Of a stretch of DNA of 64,000 nt, positions 62,349 through 64,000 are shown in pieces. Below the pieces are notes generated by a model. It saw only the letters and a list, made by a program, of their open reading frames with translations, did not search any database and had not been told where the DNA came from. The position numbers and the translations under genes were made by a program. The stretch's first letter is position 1. Every line of letters begins with the position of its first letter. This DNA comes from an uncultured cyanobacterium (GTDB lineage: Bacteria > Cyanobacteriota > Cyanobacteriia > PCC-9006 > JAAUQQ01): assembly GCA_963718615.1 (NCBI GenBank), contig OY970368.1, forward strand, positions 3,136,001 through 3,200,000, given 5' to 3'.

Positions 62349-63827
62349 TCATGGCGCTGACCGACACCGCGCTTCATCCGCCGCGATCTGCTCCTGCACC
62401 GCCACCGGCAATCCCAACGAAGCATCGCGATAAAGTCGTTCAAATTCCCGGTTAAAATGGGCGGCGATCGCCCCATTCTCAATCACCAACAACGTCTCAT
62501 CATTCTGTTCATTGGCGGCCTTACTCCAATTGTGGGACCCCGTAATCACTGCCTGTCCATCAAGAATGGCAAACTTGTGGTGCAGGGAATCGCCCTCGGG
62601 AAGTTGGGGAACGCCGACGGTGGTTGCGGGGGGGCTCCAGGGACGATTATTGGGCTCGACGGTGCAGTTTTTGCGAAGTTTGGCGACGCCCAGCATGTCT
62701 AGCGCTTCGCTATAGTCGCGAAAGGCAAAGCCGGGGTCAATCAGGGCGCGGATGGGGACGCCGGTTTGGGCGATCGCATCCACAATCCCCTGCTCCGAAA
62801 ACACGAATAAGGCCAAATCCACCCGCGTTTTTGCCTTGGAGAGCACCTGGGCAATCAGGCCATTGGTGCTGCTTGTCCAGGGCTGCTTGCGACCCGTGGG
62901 CGAAAACTGGACGACAACAGACGAGGCTCCCACCACGACCTGTCGGGCCGGGCGCACCGGCTTTTGGACGCCAAAGCGGCTGTCGGGTTTCCCGCCGGGA
63001 CCGTCGCCCCAGAGCATCTTAAATTCTTCACTGAAGGGCTGGGCGAGGGCTGGGCTGGTGATGCGCAGCATATGGTTAGCATTGCCCCGGCTCTCGTCGA
63101 TGCCAGGTTCCTGGTGAATATCGGAAACGGTCCAGTTGGCCGAGCCGGTGACGAGGGTTTTGCCGTCGATGATGGCGAATTTGTGGTGCATCAAGCCGCT
63201 GCCCTGGGAACCATCAGCACGATCGTCCAGGATGGGAATTTTGGCCTGACGGAGGATGGCGATCGCATCCCGCTCCCCCACTTCCGCCGCCGACACCTGC
63301 CCATCTCCATCGGTATCCACAAACAGTCGCAAATGCCCATAGCGCTCCTGTTCCCGCCCTTCCATCGGTTGCGTTGCCCATTCTGCCAGGGTTTGGTTGT
63401 ATTGATTTTCCAACACTAAACGCACCTTTACCCCCGCCTGCTGCCGTTCCACTAGGGCCTGAGCCACCCGAGGCAATCGCAATTCCTGGACCGCAATGTC
63501 AATTTGAGACTGGGCTGAGGCGATCGCCTCCAACAACAAAGCTTCTAAATCATCCCCCGCTCTCACCAAATCCCGGTAGGGCTCTGGGTAGGTCTGGCTT
63601 TCTGCTTGGTTGAAATACACCTGAATATCCGGATCTTGGGGCAGGGGCGGGAGCGTGGGGGTAGAAACGGTGGTGTGACGGGGCCGCAAGGCAAAACCCA
63701 GGGCAAGAATCCCCAGGACTAGCAGGCCAAGACCCAGCGGACGGTGCCAAGTCGATGGGATAGAAGGCTTCAAGAGCAGGGGTTTTAGAAAACTCTGGCG
63801 GGAATTCATGGCGATCGCAACGCTCAC
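62349..63827 (-). CDS. Phospholipase D-superfamily protein with two HKD motifs (similar to the nuclease part of cyanobacterial competence protein ComA)
   Basis: MHHKFAIIDG..TGSANW and LHHKFAILDG..TGSHNW, N-terminal TM anchor. Confidence 0.85.
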   Translation of the reverse strand: MSVAIAMNSRQSFLKPLLLKPSIPSTWHRPLGLGLLVLGILALGFALRPRHTTVSTPTLPPLPQDPDIQVYFNQAESQTYPEPYRDLVRAGDDLEALLLEAIASAQSQIDIAVQELRLPRVAQALVERQQAGVKVRLVLENQYNQTLAEWATQPMEGREQERYGHLRLFVDTDGDGQVSAAEVGERDAIAILRQAKIPILDDRADGSQGSGLMHHKFAIIDGKTLVTGSANWTVSDIHQEPGIDESRGNANHMLRITSPALAQPFSEEFKMLWGDGPGGKPDSRFGVQKPVRPARQVVVGASSVVVQFSPTGRKQPWTSSTNGLIAQVLSKAKTRVDLALFVFSEQGIVDAIAQTGVPIRALIDPGFAFRDYSEALDMLGVAKLRKNCTVEPNNRPWSPPATTVGVPQLPEGDSLHHKFAILDGQAVITGSHNWSKAANEQNDETLLVIENGAIAAHFNREFERLYRDASLGLPVAVQEQIAADEARCRSAP

Positions 63828-63948
63828 CCAGGGGCATCAAGGACAGCAGATTGGCAGAGACCCCGAATTTATATTCCCCAAAATCTAAGAGGCACACACC
63901 AGGCCAAAGCATTTTTCGAGAATCTAAGCCTCTCGGTCGCCGATTCTC

Positions 63949-64000
63949 AACGGAGAGGCTACAGTGGTTTAGCTGAGCCCCCCGGCTCTCAGGCGCAAGA
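63949..64000 (-). ncRNA. ssrS: Probable 3' part of 6S RNA (truncated by the window edge)
   Basis: Minus strand reads CTTGCGCCTGAGA...TGTAGCCTCTCCGTT, resembling my recollection of cyanobacterial 6S RNA 3' ends. Not verified. Confidence 0.4.

Larger units (their letters stand above)
590..63817. repeat. Dispersed HIP1 octamer GCGATCGC (cyanobacterial highly iterated palindrome)
   Basis: Many copies, e.g. 590, 18028, 30558, 32424. Strongly depleted between ~18.1 and 32.4 kb. Confidence 0.95.

Noticed and set aside
63949-63960. tRNA-Ser 3' end or att site (CGGAGAGG)
   Set aside because: No T-loop (GGTTCGA) or cloverleaf in the adjacent sequence.

Overview
Chromosomal window of a cyanobacterium, judged from abundant HIP1 octamers (GCGATCGC), an MPBQ/MSBQ methyltransferase, SLH and PEP-CTERM proteins. 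Housekeeping genes (prfC, dnaK, aroE, purSQ, mfd) frame three accessory blocks. (1) A Wzx/Wzy-type exopolysaccharide locus at ~19.6-39.6 kb, whose 19-32 kb core is AT-rich and nearly HIP1-free. (2) A divergent cluster at 39.7-51.2 kb: FHA-flavin reductase-2Fe2S fusion, membrane 4Fe-4S protein, wHTH-GNAT-like protein, LuxR regulator, DUF2235 hydrolase, vanadium-dependent haloperoxidase and a cyclic-peptide exporter. Two promoters in this cluster share the palindromic site GAAGTACCC-N4-GGGT. (3) A small conflict/defence-like island at 51.3-57.8 kb: Phd-ParE, a VapBC whose toxin is split by an intact IS1380 (17-bp TIRs, TTGAA target duplication), and a P-loop ATPase + TPR pair with near-identical 102-bp repeats that vary almost only at putative binding-groove codons. 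Also present are a small protein with 9-aa SILSxGSxG repeats at the window start and a probable 6S RNA 3' end at the window end. All calls were made by eye from the sequence and the ORF track; no database searches were run.
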